Of a stretch of 64,000 nt of DNA, positions 1-13,000 are shown in pieces (position 1 is the first letter of the stretch; every line of letters begins with the position of its first letter). Source of the stretch: Ptychomitrium polyphyllum (Eukaryota); the NCBI GenBank assembly GCA_973851085.1, contig OZ316776.1:7502001-7566000 (forward strand). Reading direction: 5' to 3'. The notes under the pieces are model-generated. The model made no database searches, had not been told where the DNA came from, and worked only from the letters and a program-made list of their open reading frames with translations. The translations under genes were made by a program, and so were the position numbers.

Positions 1-4
1 CTAG

Positions 5-200
5 GAAGAGACAAGTGTGGCCTATTGAGACGTTCAAGTATGAGCATGAAAAGTATGTTCGAAGGGTTTTCCTGCGTAAGGGGTGGCTGCAATTTGTGGA
101 GGATAATGCGCTCCTACAAGGTGACCTGTTAGCGATCGCTCTCATTGCGCATTCAAAGTTTCTTGTGACCATCGTTGAAAGATCAACGTTGACCTCATAG
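5..200 (+). CDS. Last coding exon of a B3 DNA-binding-domain protein (REM-like); gene begins upstream of the window
   Basis: After a CTAG acceptor the frame reads RQVWPIETFKYEHEKYVRRVFLRKGWLQFVEDNALLQGDLLAIAL..., which matches the B3 signature L.xGW..FV.DN.L..GD.L; stop TAG at 198-200. Confidence 0.8.
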
Positions 201-931
201 GTTTGGAGATGCCACGAGTACTGTGACAAGTTCATCTCCCGAGATATGAGCATGCGACTCTTGTAGTCTAGCTTGACACACAGAGGATGGAGTGGAACAA
301 TGTACAGAAATTTTTGTCACTTCTGAAGAATTCTGAATGCCATCAATTTTTCAGCTGAACACAGCGCAGACAATAAGCTCTTGTATTGCAAACTATTAGG
401 CCACGAATTGCACTCTTGTAAGCCCCAGTTGTTCTTGGACTGCACAGAACGTTTTTCATGAACACTCAGAAAACACACTCTTGTTTGACTGACGTCTGCA
501 CAGAACGTTTTCATTTTGTGAGGAGTTTACGAGATGTCATCAGCGAGTTCAAGAACAATGTACTAACATTTTGATTGTCCGTCTACAATCTTGACATACG
601 GTTGGGTTGATTAGAATACTCTCCAGAGCTTGTCATGCTCCTCCGCTCTCTTTGCCCTAGTTGCACCTCATCTGCATTCGATTTAGTCCAGACTGGAAGT
701 AAGTATAGTTACACCTCTGTGATCAGATTGACAGAGTTCCACTTCAATTTCTCTCTGGACAGTCCACTCTGGGAATTTCACGCTTCCTGCCATACGTGCA
801 AGATATTAAAACTATCAGACAAAAGAAACAGATTTGCAAACGGGTATTTAGAAGGAAAGTAGAGAAACAGACCGCTGCATGAGGTGACATAACAATGAGA
901 CATGCAGCTACTTCTGCGCGAAAATCACAAC

Positions 932-1531
932 TCAGTCCTTACATGAATCTGAGTTCTGCATTACAGTGGTGACCTCCTTGTTCTTGATATGATCGAGCCT
1001 GATGACCAATCTTGTGGAGCCAGAGAATTGGGATACTGAGCCAGCAGTAGTGTACAACAGTCGCAAACATACAGGAGTATACTTTCCGCTGGGTAGGATT
1101 TCGGGTATCATACTTGTAGGAACGATATTTGCTGGGGATCCTCCCGGATATCTGCAGATGGCTCCCCGAATGCTGCCCGCTTGACCTCGCCCTTTCTCCC
1201 AGTTCGCTTCCTCTGGACATGCACAGCCATGGAATGCCATGGCACAGTTGTGGCGGAGTCTTGGAGTTTTGCCGGAAACAAATGGCACCCTGTTGCCTCT
1301 ATTTGTGGAAGGTGGTCTCGCAATCCTGCGAGCGCAATCTTTAGTACACTTGTACCAGAGCTTGGGAGTTCACAGAGTGATGATCGTTTTCCCTGGCGTC
1401 CGTTCACGTATCGTAGGAGGGGTGCACTGAATTTTCACTCTTTGAACCGATTTTGAAATGTCGTCGAATTCTTGAGGCAATGTGCTTCAGGGAGTTAATG
1501 TAATTACAAGTGTCAGAAGTATCTGATGCAT
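932..1531 (-). pseudogene. Probable degenerate PARP/ADP-ribosyltransferase-like catalytic-domain pseudogene
   Basis: Stop-poor ~600 bp region downstream of a TATA-like CATAAATA (~1573-1580, minus strand). Motifs occur in PARP-domain order but across several frames: EFDDI/NRFKE*, SVLKI, TFHK*R, NCAMAFHG, AFG/GAICRY, PSKYRSY...YSCMFATVV, KNKEVTTVMQNSD. In-frame TGA at 1489-1487 and 1372-1370 in the ATG-1531 frame. Confidence 0.4.
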
Positions 1532-1810
1532 TTTTTTCTCGAGGCAACGTGATGTTATTGGAGTCGTCTACTCTATTTATGGGTTGAAGTCATTGGAGCG
1601 GTGGAGGGAAGGAAATGTTTCTGGGGCAACTTGCACCTCCGTGTTAATCAAAATCTAGTGTAAAAGTCTCGCTGACCTAGAACCTCAAGCGGTTATGGAA
1701 GATTGTGCCAAGCGCTCGCGGAGATCTGGGGATGCAGGGATGTATGAGGTTACCGATGTCTACACAGTGAGGAAGCTACGATTTGAAGTAGGGGAAATGC
1801 ATGCAGCTGC

Positions 1811-4800
1811 ATGGCTATGACTGCTGCGATGATCTTCTCCAGAAAGGTAGCGAAGGGATATTTTCGCCGGCTGGCGGTTCTCTCTTCTCTTCCACAGCTT
1901 AGTGTTAGCAGCACAGAGTCCTTTTATTCTGTAGATATGCTTGTGCAAAAAATCTGCACACAGAGTGCTTGGCAGTTGCAGCGAAGAGGAGCGGAAGATA
2001 TGAGAAGAGGGTTTGCTGATTTGAGAAATGGATCCGCGAGACAACAGCGATGGTGTGCGAGATGCAGCAATGAGAAAGCTAAGCCGGATCCAGATATGAT
2101 TGCAACTGAGATGCTCAAGTATGCGGCAGCTTGTAGGAATCAGGGTAAGGTCGAGCATTGTAGGGTTCAAGAAGCTCTTCGACACCATATCCAGCAGTAC
2201 TATAACTTATTGTCAAATATTCTTGCTGGTAGACAGTTTGGGAAGGTGTTGCACTGGTTTCCACTGTTGATGATCCCTAATCTGATCAACGTGCAAATTC
2301 TCATGCGGTAGAGGATAGGTAATTTCAAGTTTGTGGAATCGTTCCCCACTGGTTGAGGTTTTCTTTCTGTGACAATATTTGTAGCTTTCTTAAAGGGACA
2401 CAGAATGAGGGTTTGCAGAGACATATCATGTGGAGGCCATCCGTGTGTTGGAGCAAGGAAAACTGTATCTTATGAGTGAAGGATCATCGGCTGCCCCTGC
2501 ATACGGCAGTGTGCTTCTGACCCTCGCAACTTTCTATGTCGACAGGTGCATTTTTTCCTAAATCCACACGCATCAAACCATCTCTATAAGCACGAACGCA
2601 CTTTGTTTATAGAGCACAAACTAACTTTTCTACTAACTTAAACCCTTAAACGAGCTCTCAAATGCTATGGATCTTGACATGATGTTTTTGTCTAAACAAG
2701 CAGGGCAAAAATTGTGGATGCTGTAGATGCTTTGCAGTGTGCTAGTGACCTTGAACCGGCTGGTTTAAGGGTTCGAGGTGAACAAGCTAAAGCTGATAGC
2801 CTATATTATTTGCTCACAGTACTATTTGATTTTTAAAAAAGAACTGTACATCCCTGAGGTCAGCTTCTTCCTCGCATTGACATATCGAGTTGTTTGTGCC
2901 AACGACAGTGGCTGCTTTGGAGGCCTTAGCTGGACTTTGCCTACGCGTACACCAAGTAACCTGAAAGCAACCTTCCTTAGTGTACTGAAGTTTTGATTTG
3001 CATTTTTTAGCGCACATAATTCTTTTTGCATTGTTTTACAAATGACTTGTAAGTAATTGGAACTATAGATACTTTATAATTCTCAGGAGTTCCATTGGGG
3101 TTGAGTTTTTTAAGGAAGAACCAGCTCTAAAGTACGCAAATAGCTCTGGCCTGCTGGTAACGGCGGCTAGTGATAGAGTGCCAAAAGATGAGTTTATGGA
3201 GCTGCAGTTTCGGAGCAAAGCTGTTGCTGCATTAGCTGCACTAGTATGTGCACGGTGTGGAGCCGGTATGGCTTTTGAGGATTATATTTTGAGATCAGCT
3301 TAGTATGGTGGGATTTCATTACAGGAATTCGAATACAGAATGGCTCTATGCTCAATTTTGATATAAAGTAGGACATTGCATTGAAACGTAGAAACGGTCA
3401 TATCTCATATCTCTAGGTATGTATTTGGGCCAGCTGACACACGGGTGTTTGAAGATGTTCCTGCTTGGTTAGGAGAAAATTCTCGCCGAACAGCTGGAGT
3501 TGGTGAGTCTTCATTTTGTTACATCTCTTATGAAAGACCGTCGTATGGCCATTGCTTTTCCCTATGCCGATGAGAGGTCACATCTTCTCACTTTCCAACA
3601 TTTGAAATCAGCTGCAGCAATGTTCAGTATAGCTCAGTGTGCTCATGTGGGAGGCTACTTGAAAATTGCTGGAGAGCTTTATGGAAGAACCATTGCAATT
3701 ATTCGAAACTCGGAAGATACAAGCGAGGCAACATTTGCTTCAGTTGCTATGGCTCCAGACGAAGTTCACATTGGGGCTCTGGCGGGCTTAGGTCAACTTG
3801 CTTCTCACATGGGGTATGGATTCTCTTCGTCTTTCATCCTAATGGACAGCAATTCAAGAGATGGTTAGCAACCAACAAAGGTATGCAGGAGGTCCAACTG
3901 CACATTTCCTTTTGTAATCTGGTCTCGTGATTAGACCTTGAGATTTTTGGTCCAGTCGCATAATAGGTCCTTACTTAAAAACCTTACCATCTCTCACCGT
4001 TTTGGTTTCATGTTCAAGAACAATTTTAACAGATGACCCAGCAGAATAATGTTTTCTTGCATGTGTTTAGGAAATTTGACGAAGCTGAGGATAAAATCAC
4101 GAAGGCACTAACACTAGCAGAAAAAATCAACGGTAAGCTGAAATACTCTTTCTGGTAGTGAATGGCAGATCAAAAAAGAAAATCCTAATCCTTCCGTAAC
4201 AATGACAACCTTGCAATTTCTTTTCTGGCAGGTGACAAGCACCCACGGGTGGGTGTCATTTTGGCATGTTTAGCAGATGTGTATGCCCGCAGAGGAAAAG
4301 CCAAGGAGACTGATGATAACATTATTGCAGAGGTAATAGTCAACTTCGCCCCTTGTAGGTATTTTATTAATTGCAGTTTATGACTGCTGTTATTTGCATT
4401 GTGTTTGTTCTTTCCCTCCAGTCTCTCACTTTGTTTATGTTTTCTAATAAACAAAATGCCAGATTTTTCGTATACGTTTTGGTTTAAAAATCATTGAATC
4501 CTATGCATGGACTATAAGTAGAGATGCAAAGCACTGAAAATGACTCGTGCAGGGTTTGTATCGACGCTGTCAAGAGTATTTGGGAAGTCCATCCATAGAT
4601 GTACCTGGTATGTCCTAAAGTTGCTTCCACACTTGCCAATCTAAATATCTGTTGCTTACTACATGACGAACGTTATTCATATAAATGTGTAAACGTGGCC
4701 ATGATCACAATCTGCCTCCACATTTTACAGTGAACTGTGTTCAGATACAGGAAAAGTTGTGGATCTCATCGATATAATGGCTCTTTCTAGAGGTACGATT

Positions 4801-5318
4801 GTACTTTTAAGCTTAATCTCAACACAGACTTTCCCTTAGACAATACAGAGCATCTTTTTGTTCCTGAAAGCCAAGACTGGCAGAGTTTCACTCAGCGGTT
4901 TGTATCCTTTCATTTTATGGAAGGGAAAAAATCTAGAAAAGCTTATCCTTCAAATTCAGAACTATAAAACCCAGGTGAATATTGTAAGCTTTATACAACA
5001 TAGGCTCACAATTGGCTTCTTATGTTGAACAAATTTTCGTTTTTCTTAGCCACTTCCTTACTTTCTTGGACCCCAGTTCGCTATGCTGAAATCATTTCCA
5101 AATTCACAAATCGTGGCGAGGAGGCAGACAAGATACAGAAATGGGCCTGCAAGATGTGGAAAGGTCCTCGGCCCCTATTAGACTTGATGAAAGTGGATAG
5201 TGCTCAGATATTGGTGAAAGAGAAGTCTAAGGGAACGGCAATTAAACCAAGTATTGGCAACGTTGAGGGGCACGTTGTGATTGATGTGAGGCTGGGTCGT
5301 GTCATCTGGAAAGTATGA
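1811..5318 (+). CDS. SSR1: Mitochondrial TPR-like protein, homolog of Arabidopsis SSR1/NDP1 (about 12 exons)
   Basis: GT-AG-joined exons give IATEMLKYA, VLLTLATFY, VAALEALAGL, GALAGLGQLASHMGKFDEAEDKITKALTLAEKINGDKHPRVGVILACLADVY, EGLYRR, DIMALSR, YAEIISKFTNRGEEADKIQKWA and VVIDVRLGRV, colinear with SSR1 as I recall it. The N-terminus is Arg/Ser-rich and presequence-like. Confidence 0.8.
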
Positions 5319-6923
5319 TCTTAGTCGTTCTTTAGCAATCTGTTCCCTGAATCTGCCTGCACCTCAAGAGAGATGGATCAAGATGGTGGCTATTCCGTTT
5401 TCGACACCAGGTATGCCAAGTGATACTCAGTGAATGCATGCAAAGATTTTCACCATCGCCAGCATGAGAAATGGTTGCAAAAGCTTGAACACTGACCACA
5501 ACGTTGAAGTAGTCCTCCCCTCCGGTCTGTAATCTCTTGCTTAAACCTCTATCTTATGTTTCATTCCTGGTGAGAGGTTGAGTGAGCATGCGTCATGACA
5601 AATAAATATCAAAATAGGGTTGTGGGTATACCACTTCATAAAGAGAGGTATAATATACCATACCTAAATGGTATATGATTGCATTTTATCAACTTCTATC
5701 AGAAGTACATCACTATGATATACTTTAACTTTATGATTCGTGTTATATATTAAGTTTGGGTCAATATCTAGTATGCCTATATAAAGGTAGTATTTTGGCT
5801 TTTTGATACAACGAATTTATATACCATGTCAATACTTTTCCCATCATATGTACCTACAACAGATATGTAAAAAGTTACATACCTGCTCGGCTCTGGTTCC
5901 AATCTCGTTGCTGGAAAGAAAAATTGGCTCTGAAAATATTAAATATTAACCGACAGAAATTTGGTTTCATTGATCACCCTAGTCCGCTGAAACATTACCC
6001 TCACACCACCATGTTTTGTATATGCATGTGTCAATACCAGCAGCAGCTTCCAAGCTATCGCATACTGTAATGTACAAATGCCACACAGCAAGCATGCATT
6101 GCTATTTTTGCGTATAAAACAGACTTCCACAAGTAATAGCCATTGTGGCAATTCATTCACTTCACATGTAGATCAGAATTGCTAGATGGATGTGAAGCTA
6201 AATCTTTCCAGAAACTTAAATACCTCAGATGCTCAAATTCCTCACCAAAAACTAATGAACAGACTCTAGTTAGTATTCAGCAGTTAACAAACGTGGGGTT
6301 CTAACTGGAAGTTGCATTTTGGAAAGAATTATATCACGGTGGTTAGAAATGAAAAGAATAGACTATGAAACAAGGCTAGAATATCAACTGTTCGTATTCG
6401 AACTTCTTGTGCACCAATGCCGAGACACCCATGACCGAATTCAAGGCATAGTATCACTGCTTTGATAAAAAGGAACGAAGCGCAAGTAATAATAGATAAA
6501 GAAGTCTCAATCAAATCTAGGTCAAATTAAGCTAAAGATGCACCTCCAATGACAGTTGGGGTATCAAACATACAAGCAATAAACAACCAGCCCACAACTA
6601 ACATTAGCTGATATCTAGACAGTGACATAGAAAAATATAAATGCAATAATATAACTTATAGAAATCACGAAATAATCCGATTGACGAATCATGAAGAGGT
6701 TCCTACCACAAATAATGCCCTAGTCCAAAGACACTGTATTCACAGAAGAAAGCAGACATTAGAAACATCGGGAAAAGCTCGGTAAAATCAAGGAAATTGC
6801 GTTGTAGTGTGGCTTACAATTTCTAATTCGCAACCTCATCTAAGACATCATCAGGACTGATGCTAATCTCCAGCCCCTCAAAGCCGATGAAGCAAAAGCG
6901 TGAGAAAAACTCAGTAGAAGATT

Positions 6924-8012
6924 CTACTCTGTAATGGCACCAGGGGCACCACTTCCAATGCTACCAGCTCCACGGCCGAAACCACCACCTCGTCCACCAC
7001 GGAACTCAGGACGGTACTCTCCAGGCGCTCCTCCCTTCTCTCCTCCGAAACCACCAGGGCCATCACCACGCCCACTACTGCTTCGGTAACTTTCGCGGTC
7101 ACCACCGAATCGTGGCCTCTCTCCTTCCCTTGGAGGACCACGGGGAGGTCTGTCACCGCCAGCACCTCCCATGGGCCTGCTTGGTGGCCGTGCAGACTTC
7201 TTCAAGGTGGCAGGGACAATTTCAGAAGGAAGGTTGAGATAGGTCCTTAGGTGCTCGATACCGTCATTGGTCAGATACCTGACAATCAAAGAAGGGACAC
7301 CAGGTAAGCTTCAACTCTTGAGTAATAACCCCAAACCCTATAGATTCTCGTCCCACAAACAACAATATCATCAGGTGAAGAACATGCTTTAACACGGTTC
7401 TCCAGATTCAACGATTGTGTTAAGTTATAAAAACCGTTTAGTTCGAAGCGAGCAGGTTTGAATGTTAATTGGTTTCAGAGAGAATTGAACTTCAAATTAT
7501 TCAATTAAAGCATATATACCTACACGATAGACTCTATCGTCGCACGATAATAGATGGAAAACCTCAAACCTAAACTAGGGCAGTATCAATCACAACATCG
7601 CGGTTACTGGATAAGTTCACCCTCATGAAGTCGGAATTGTTGAACACTTGTGATGTCTAACGTTCGCAAAGTATGTAAACACTCCATCATCGATAGTGAC
7701 TGGAAGCTCTTGCATACAAACCCTAAATCAGAAGAATCACTCCCACATTGCCGCAGGCAACGAACGGCACAGACCCCTGGCGCCACCGAAACGCATGAGC
7801 ACCAACAGGACTCACCAGTAGTAATGCCTCCAGGCGAAGCTCTCCTTCACGTACTCCTTGGACTTGAAGCTCTGCATGAGCTTGATGACCTGCAGGTTGG
7901 GCACATCGATCTCGGGGTGCTTGGGGGCGTTGTAGTCCTTCTTGGCGTACAAGACCCCCTCCTTGAAGAGGTACTTGTAAACCTCCACCCGGTTCTTCTT
8001 GGGAATCAACAT
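6924..8012 (-). CDS. RPS10: 40S ribosomal protein S10 (eS10); exons 8012-7816 and 7278-6924
   Basis: [26 protein letters not shown]...[37 protein letters not shown], followed by an RGG-rich tail; GT-AG intron 7815-7279. Confidence 0.97.
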
Positions 8013-8143
8013 GATGGCGTTCGGCTCTGGTCACGCGATGGCTAGGGAAAAAACTCGAGCGAGGAGAGCGAAACAAAAGGATGGCCACTTTCGCAGCGTC
8101 GCTCACAAAAAGGCTCCCTCCTCCCTCCCTCCCTCCTCTGCCG

Positions 8144-8166
8144 TTAGGGTTAGGTCACACTTAGGG
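8144..8166 (-). promoter_or_regulatory. Telo-box-like motifs (AACCCTAA) upstream of RPS10
   Basis: TTAGGGTTAGG at 8144 and TTAGGG at 8161, next to a pyrimidine tract; further AAACCCTA copies lie in the RPS10 intron (~7333, ~7718). Telo-boxes are typical of plant translation-machinery promoters. Confidence 0.6.
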
Positions 8167-10067
8167 CTCCCACATCGCGTTTCCCGCTCCCCGGTTCCCT
8201 CCCGTTCCCTCTCCCGTGTCCTGCCTGCGTGGCCGCCGGAGTTTGCCTCGATCGCTTCCTCTACTTATACGTGTCGAATCAATGGTCTTAAGGAGATAGA
8301 TCCAATGATAACACCGTCGATTTTTCTGCGTTGTGAATGCAGGAAGTGATGAACGTTGTCACTTGTATTGATTAATGAATGCAACATGCAAGATGTGATA
8401 CTCACACCTACATTGACAATTCCATCCACCGAATTCAACACTTCAAAATACACAACACCAAAACCAAGAATGAGCATGATATGTATAAACCTTTCAATGG
8501 TTAAAATGTGAAGTTTTGTACGACTTATCAGTTTGTCTCAGATCTAGTTTATATGTTCCATTGCCGTACTACCGTAGCAGGCTCCTTTGTCTCAAGTTAC
8601 GCCTCTCTCAAGTGCCTTGCAAAATTGCGAACTCAGAAACAGCCCCCTCATTCAATGATATCCGTCCACGTGGCATTTAAAATAGCCAGCTACAAATGGG
8701 GCCTGGTCGGGTTACTGGAGAAAGGTGCTCCGTTCGAAAAACCTAAAACCGTCACAACACCCAAAGAAGCCGTCATCTACCGTGCTTGTACACTATAGTC
8801 CAAGATTTCACCGATATTCGAAGCTTCTGTCGGTCTTAGGTATCCTACTGGAAGTGTCCTAGGATCGGACTCCAAACAAACGCTGTCGACAATATGCTCC
8901 TCTAGACTGATATCCATTCAATACTCTGGTATCACTGATGTGATACCCTTATTCCGTTTGATATTTTGGTTATACCGGTTCGATACCTGTGTGATACCGA
9001 GGCGGTCGTCGTGCAAAATGAGTAAGAGCACTACGTTTGTGGTGCTGAGCTTGGAAGTTTTGCATTTTCTCCTCAAGCGAGACGCTGTTTTTCCTCTAAT
9101 GGTTGCGGGTTTCTGTGAGTAACTTCGTCTCTGCGATCCTCTTGCAACCAGGGTGCACTTGCTCAGTTCTTTCTTCGGCGAGGTTTCACTTCTTCAGGTA
9201 CCTTGGTTTCTACTTACCGCAGCTTCATTGTTGGCAACTGTACTTGATGTTTCGTTATTTCAACGATTTTTCTTGGTGGACAGCCAATTTGAAATTGATT
9301 AGGTCTGCTTCGAATTTGTAGTGCAGTACTCTACCGAGGGTTTGGTTGACAATACTTGCTACTGAGTGGCGATGTGTGCTTAGAGGATGAACTGTATGGG
9401 AATTGCTCATTGGAGGACTGGGAGTGGTAGGGTCTTCAATTCTGTTGGCATTTCTGTTTGGTCAGAACTTGGTTACCAGTGGTGGTAGAGTATCGGAACG
9501 TATGCTTTAGGTTTTCTTTGGATGGGGCGTTTTTTGGCCATTGCAACGTCAAGCGTGCCTTTCTAGGTGTGGGTTGTAGGGTCTACGTGGTTTCTCAAAC
9601 TTCCTTTTCTGTGTAAACGTAGCCAACTTGGAGTTAATTTGGGTTTGTTGTATCCGCCTGTTCTTGAAATCGGGTTGTTAGAAGCAAGCAGGGTCTGGTG
9701 ATACTGTTGTTGTTGATTTGCGTTGCTTGTGTCGTAAAAATACTACACCAGCTCGGTCAATGGCCACTATGTTCACCATCCGGATGGCTAGTTTATGATT
9801 CCCTGTTTCGCAACTTTTCTTTAAAATCTGCTCTCTAGCTCAATGCGTATGGCTGCTGAAGCTCCAGCTTCTACTGCTCGTGAATCATGGTATTACATCG
9901 GTGGATAGGGAGCATCTAAATAATTTTCATTGTCGTCAATTTTGCTAGGTGCTGATATCCACTAGAGGTGGAAGGAGCTCGATATTTCTGAATGGCTGGC
10001 CGGGACGAGTGGCTTTTTTGACAGCTTCAGGTAGGGCTTCAGGGTTCAGTCGAGGACATTCTGATCG

Positions 10068-13000
10068 ATGCCGCCCCAATCTAGCCATGGTCTTTTCTAT
10101 AGGCAGTCATGTTTTTACTTCAGTCGACTCGAAGGTGTGCTCTGGACAGAGTCAAAGCTCATCCTGATTCGATCTTCAGAACTTCTTCGGACGTGGAAGT
10201 GCCAAAATTTGCCTTTAGTGAGGACGTTGTCGTCATCGTCTGCTTTAGACTCTAGCTCACAGCCCAGGGAAGGTTTATTGTATTTTTCAGGCCCCGCAGA
10301 GTACAGAGATGAGAGTAATAAAGGGCCGACAATTTCCTCAAGCTCGTCTAGTTGTGATGGGGGAAAGCAAAGTTTCTATATCACGCGGTCTAGTGATGGA
10401 GGATCTCGTCGCAATGTTACTCATATCAAGCAGGGTTCCTCTTCCATTAGATCAAAACCTACCTACTCCTTTTTTCCAAGCGAACATGCTAAAATGCATG
10501 GATGGAACGATTTTATTTCCAAAACAAAAGGTTCAGAGAGCTGGAGACAGTTTTGGAGCGGTGGGAGGCGAACTCACATGGGCCATGCCCATGATCACGA
10601 CGGTCCTGAATCTCAGGAGCAGCTTGGAGCATATGGAGAGAAGGTCTTAAGGTGGGGCCTTTGGACGGATATTATGTTGACTATAGGCAAAGGCGCAGCA
10701 GGCTATGTGTCTGGCAGTACCGCTATTATTGCGGATGCGGCACATTCTGCCTCGGACATCGTATGTGATCCTTTCTGTGCATGTTATTCTCTTGATCTTT
10801 TTTATCAATTTTCTCGAACCCTGTTTCCCTTTGTCGATTGTGATTGTTAAAGCCTACGCATGAGCTTGTGCGTAAGTAGTTTGGAAATCTGGGCTGCACT
10901 GTCATCATTTGAATTAACAAAATCTTCAATATCCTGGTTAGGACAGGTTTTAGGGTTACTCTCATATTAATGTTGAGTTTCGACAATAGTCTAAATTTTT
11001 CTGCAGGCATTAGCTGGAGAAAGTGGTTGTTGACTTATAACTGACATGATCTGGCCTAGGTTCTAAGTGGAGTTGCCCTGTGGACGTCAAGAGCAGCCAA
11101 TGCTCCACCAGATAAACAGCATCCGTATGGTAATACTTTTACACGGGACTGAATTGTTGCAGACTTTATCATGTACTGTGGTGTTCGGAATTCGTTATTC
11201 TTGGAATAGAGGATAGGTTTGTTAGATATTCCATGGAGGGCGTGCAATGATATGATGTTCTATGCTCAGACTTCTCTTAAGCAAAGGGCAAGGATTTACT
11301 ATTGGTGTAGTTTAATAGGAAATCATTCCATAGTTCTAAATTTGTGACATGTTGATGATTCTTATTGTGTTTAAGTGGCGTTGGTTTTACTCTATTCGCA
11401 CTTTAAAACTCTTATCCTGTATCATGCTGCAGGTCATGGTAAAATTGAGACGATGGGCGCGTTGAGTATATCAGCTCTGCTACTGGTAACTGGTGGTGGG
11501 ATTGCATGGAGTGCAATTGATGCTTTGCAGGCATGGGCACGATACTGCTTTGTTCTTTACATCAAAATCTCGTGGACGCCAAAACTGTCATCAACGTTCA
11601 TGTTAACATCTAATAAATCCTAATAAGAACCTGATCACACCTTGCTTTTTGAATCAATCTTTCCACATTTACTTATGTAGTAGGTTTTGGGAGTAATGCT
11701 TATGAATTAATTGGTATAACACTTTGACTACACTAATTGGTGCCTCAACATACTGCCATTCAACACATTGAGTGCTCACATAGCATTTTGTGTTAGACAC
11801 ATAAAGATACATTTAACATGAAAATTTGTGTCCTTCTAGCTCACTTTTGATGTCTTTCCTTTTTGAAGGTCATGATACCGGCAACGTTGACTCTTCAAGA
11901 CACAGTTCAAACAACAGTGGATACTGTTGCACACCTGGAGGGTCCCAGCCATGGTCACGATCATGAACTCGGATTTGCAATGGGGCATAGTCACGCTCTT
12001 GATATGGAGCATATGGGGGTTGCGTTATTTGCTGCAATTGCTAGCATTGGAGCTAAAGAAGGGTAGGCATCTCTTACAGTTACCTATGCAGTCAACATAT
12101 CAAGTTTCTGAAATATTTGATATTACTTCAAATATTTCAAATATATTGTGCAGCCGAAAGGAGTTTACTAGTTTCTTTTGTGGCTTTGGGACTCTTGAGC
12201 AATTTCAGCGAAGGGAAGCTCATATTACTTAGAAAGGTGTAGTGACTACTAGTCTTCACATTAGGGGTGTGTGGAACCGACCACAGTACGAGTATCTTTT
12301 TTTGTATATTAAAAATGATTTTAGTTGAAATTTCACTAGGAACTACTCAACAACATTGGTTAGTTTTTTTATGCTTACAAAATTCTCCTGCTGGGGAAGT
12401 TATTCTTGGACTCTTCTGTTGATAAGTTTTTAAATATTTAGCAACTAAGACTTGAATTTTGTGTTTAATGATGTGACAGTTTGTATTGGATAACTATAGC
12501 GGCTGGAGAAAAGGCTGGAAGTGCTTTGCTGAAAGCTAGTGCATGGCATCACCGTAGTGATGCTATATCATCCGTTGTTGCTCTCATTGGTGTCGGTAAG
12601 CCTTCCCATGTAGTATGTTCAACACCTCTTCACAGTGTGGTCGTTTTCAGCTTAATATTTAGAGCATTTGACGAAATGAATCTCTGGAGCGCAACTCCTT
12701 AATGAGAGTCTATGCATCCGCTTATACTTGAGTGTTATTTCATAACAGGTGGAGCTATGATGGGCATTCCTTTGTTGGATCCATTTGCGGCACTGCTTGT
12801 ATCTGGAATGATTGTAAAAGCGGGCCTGCAAACCGGTTATCAAAGGTAAGAGATTGATGTGCCTCCAGGAGTTTATGTGATTTCTTCGTTTACTGCCTGA
12901 TTATTGCAAGTCAGAGCTTCCTCGTTTAGTATTCAATTTCTCATTGTTGTCACCAGTCACGTTGACGTCATGAGTATATCATCAGCTTATGTTTCATATG

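Noticed and set aside
440..513. Direct repeat TGCACAGAACGTTTT(T)CAT x2 in the B3 gene 3' region
   Set aside because: Short local duplication with no array structure; not CRISPR-like, no function supportable.
932..1531. 200-codon frame whose only interruptions are two TGA codons (selenoprotein or read-through idea)
   Set aside because: Land plants lack the selenocysteine machinery, no SECIS or redox motif is evident, and the recognisable motifs lie in several frames, which fits a pseudogene better.
5620..5890. GGTAT/ATACC-rich patches here and at ~8920-9000, ~23985-24035 and ~42135-42200 as a dispersed MITE family
   Set aside because: Similarity is limited to 5-7 bp motifs; no alignable terminal inverted repeats or target-site duplications seen by eye.
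7650..8349. Long ORFs 7650-8045 (+), 7723-8106 (-) and 7999-8349 (+)
   Set aside because: Antisense or alternate-frame shadows of GC-rich RPS10 exon 1 and its promoter.
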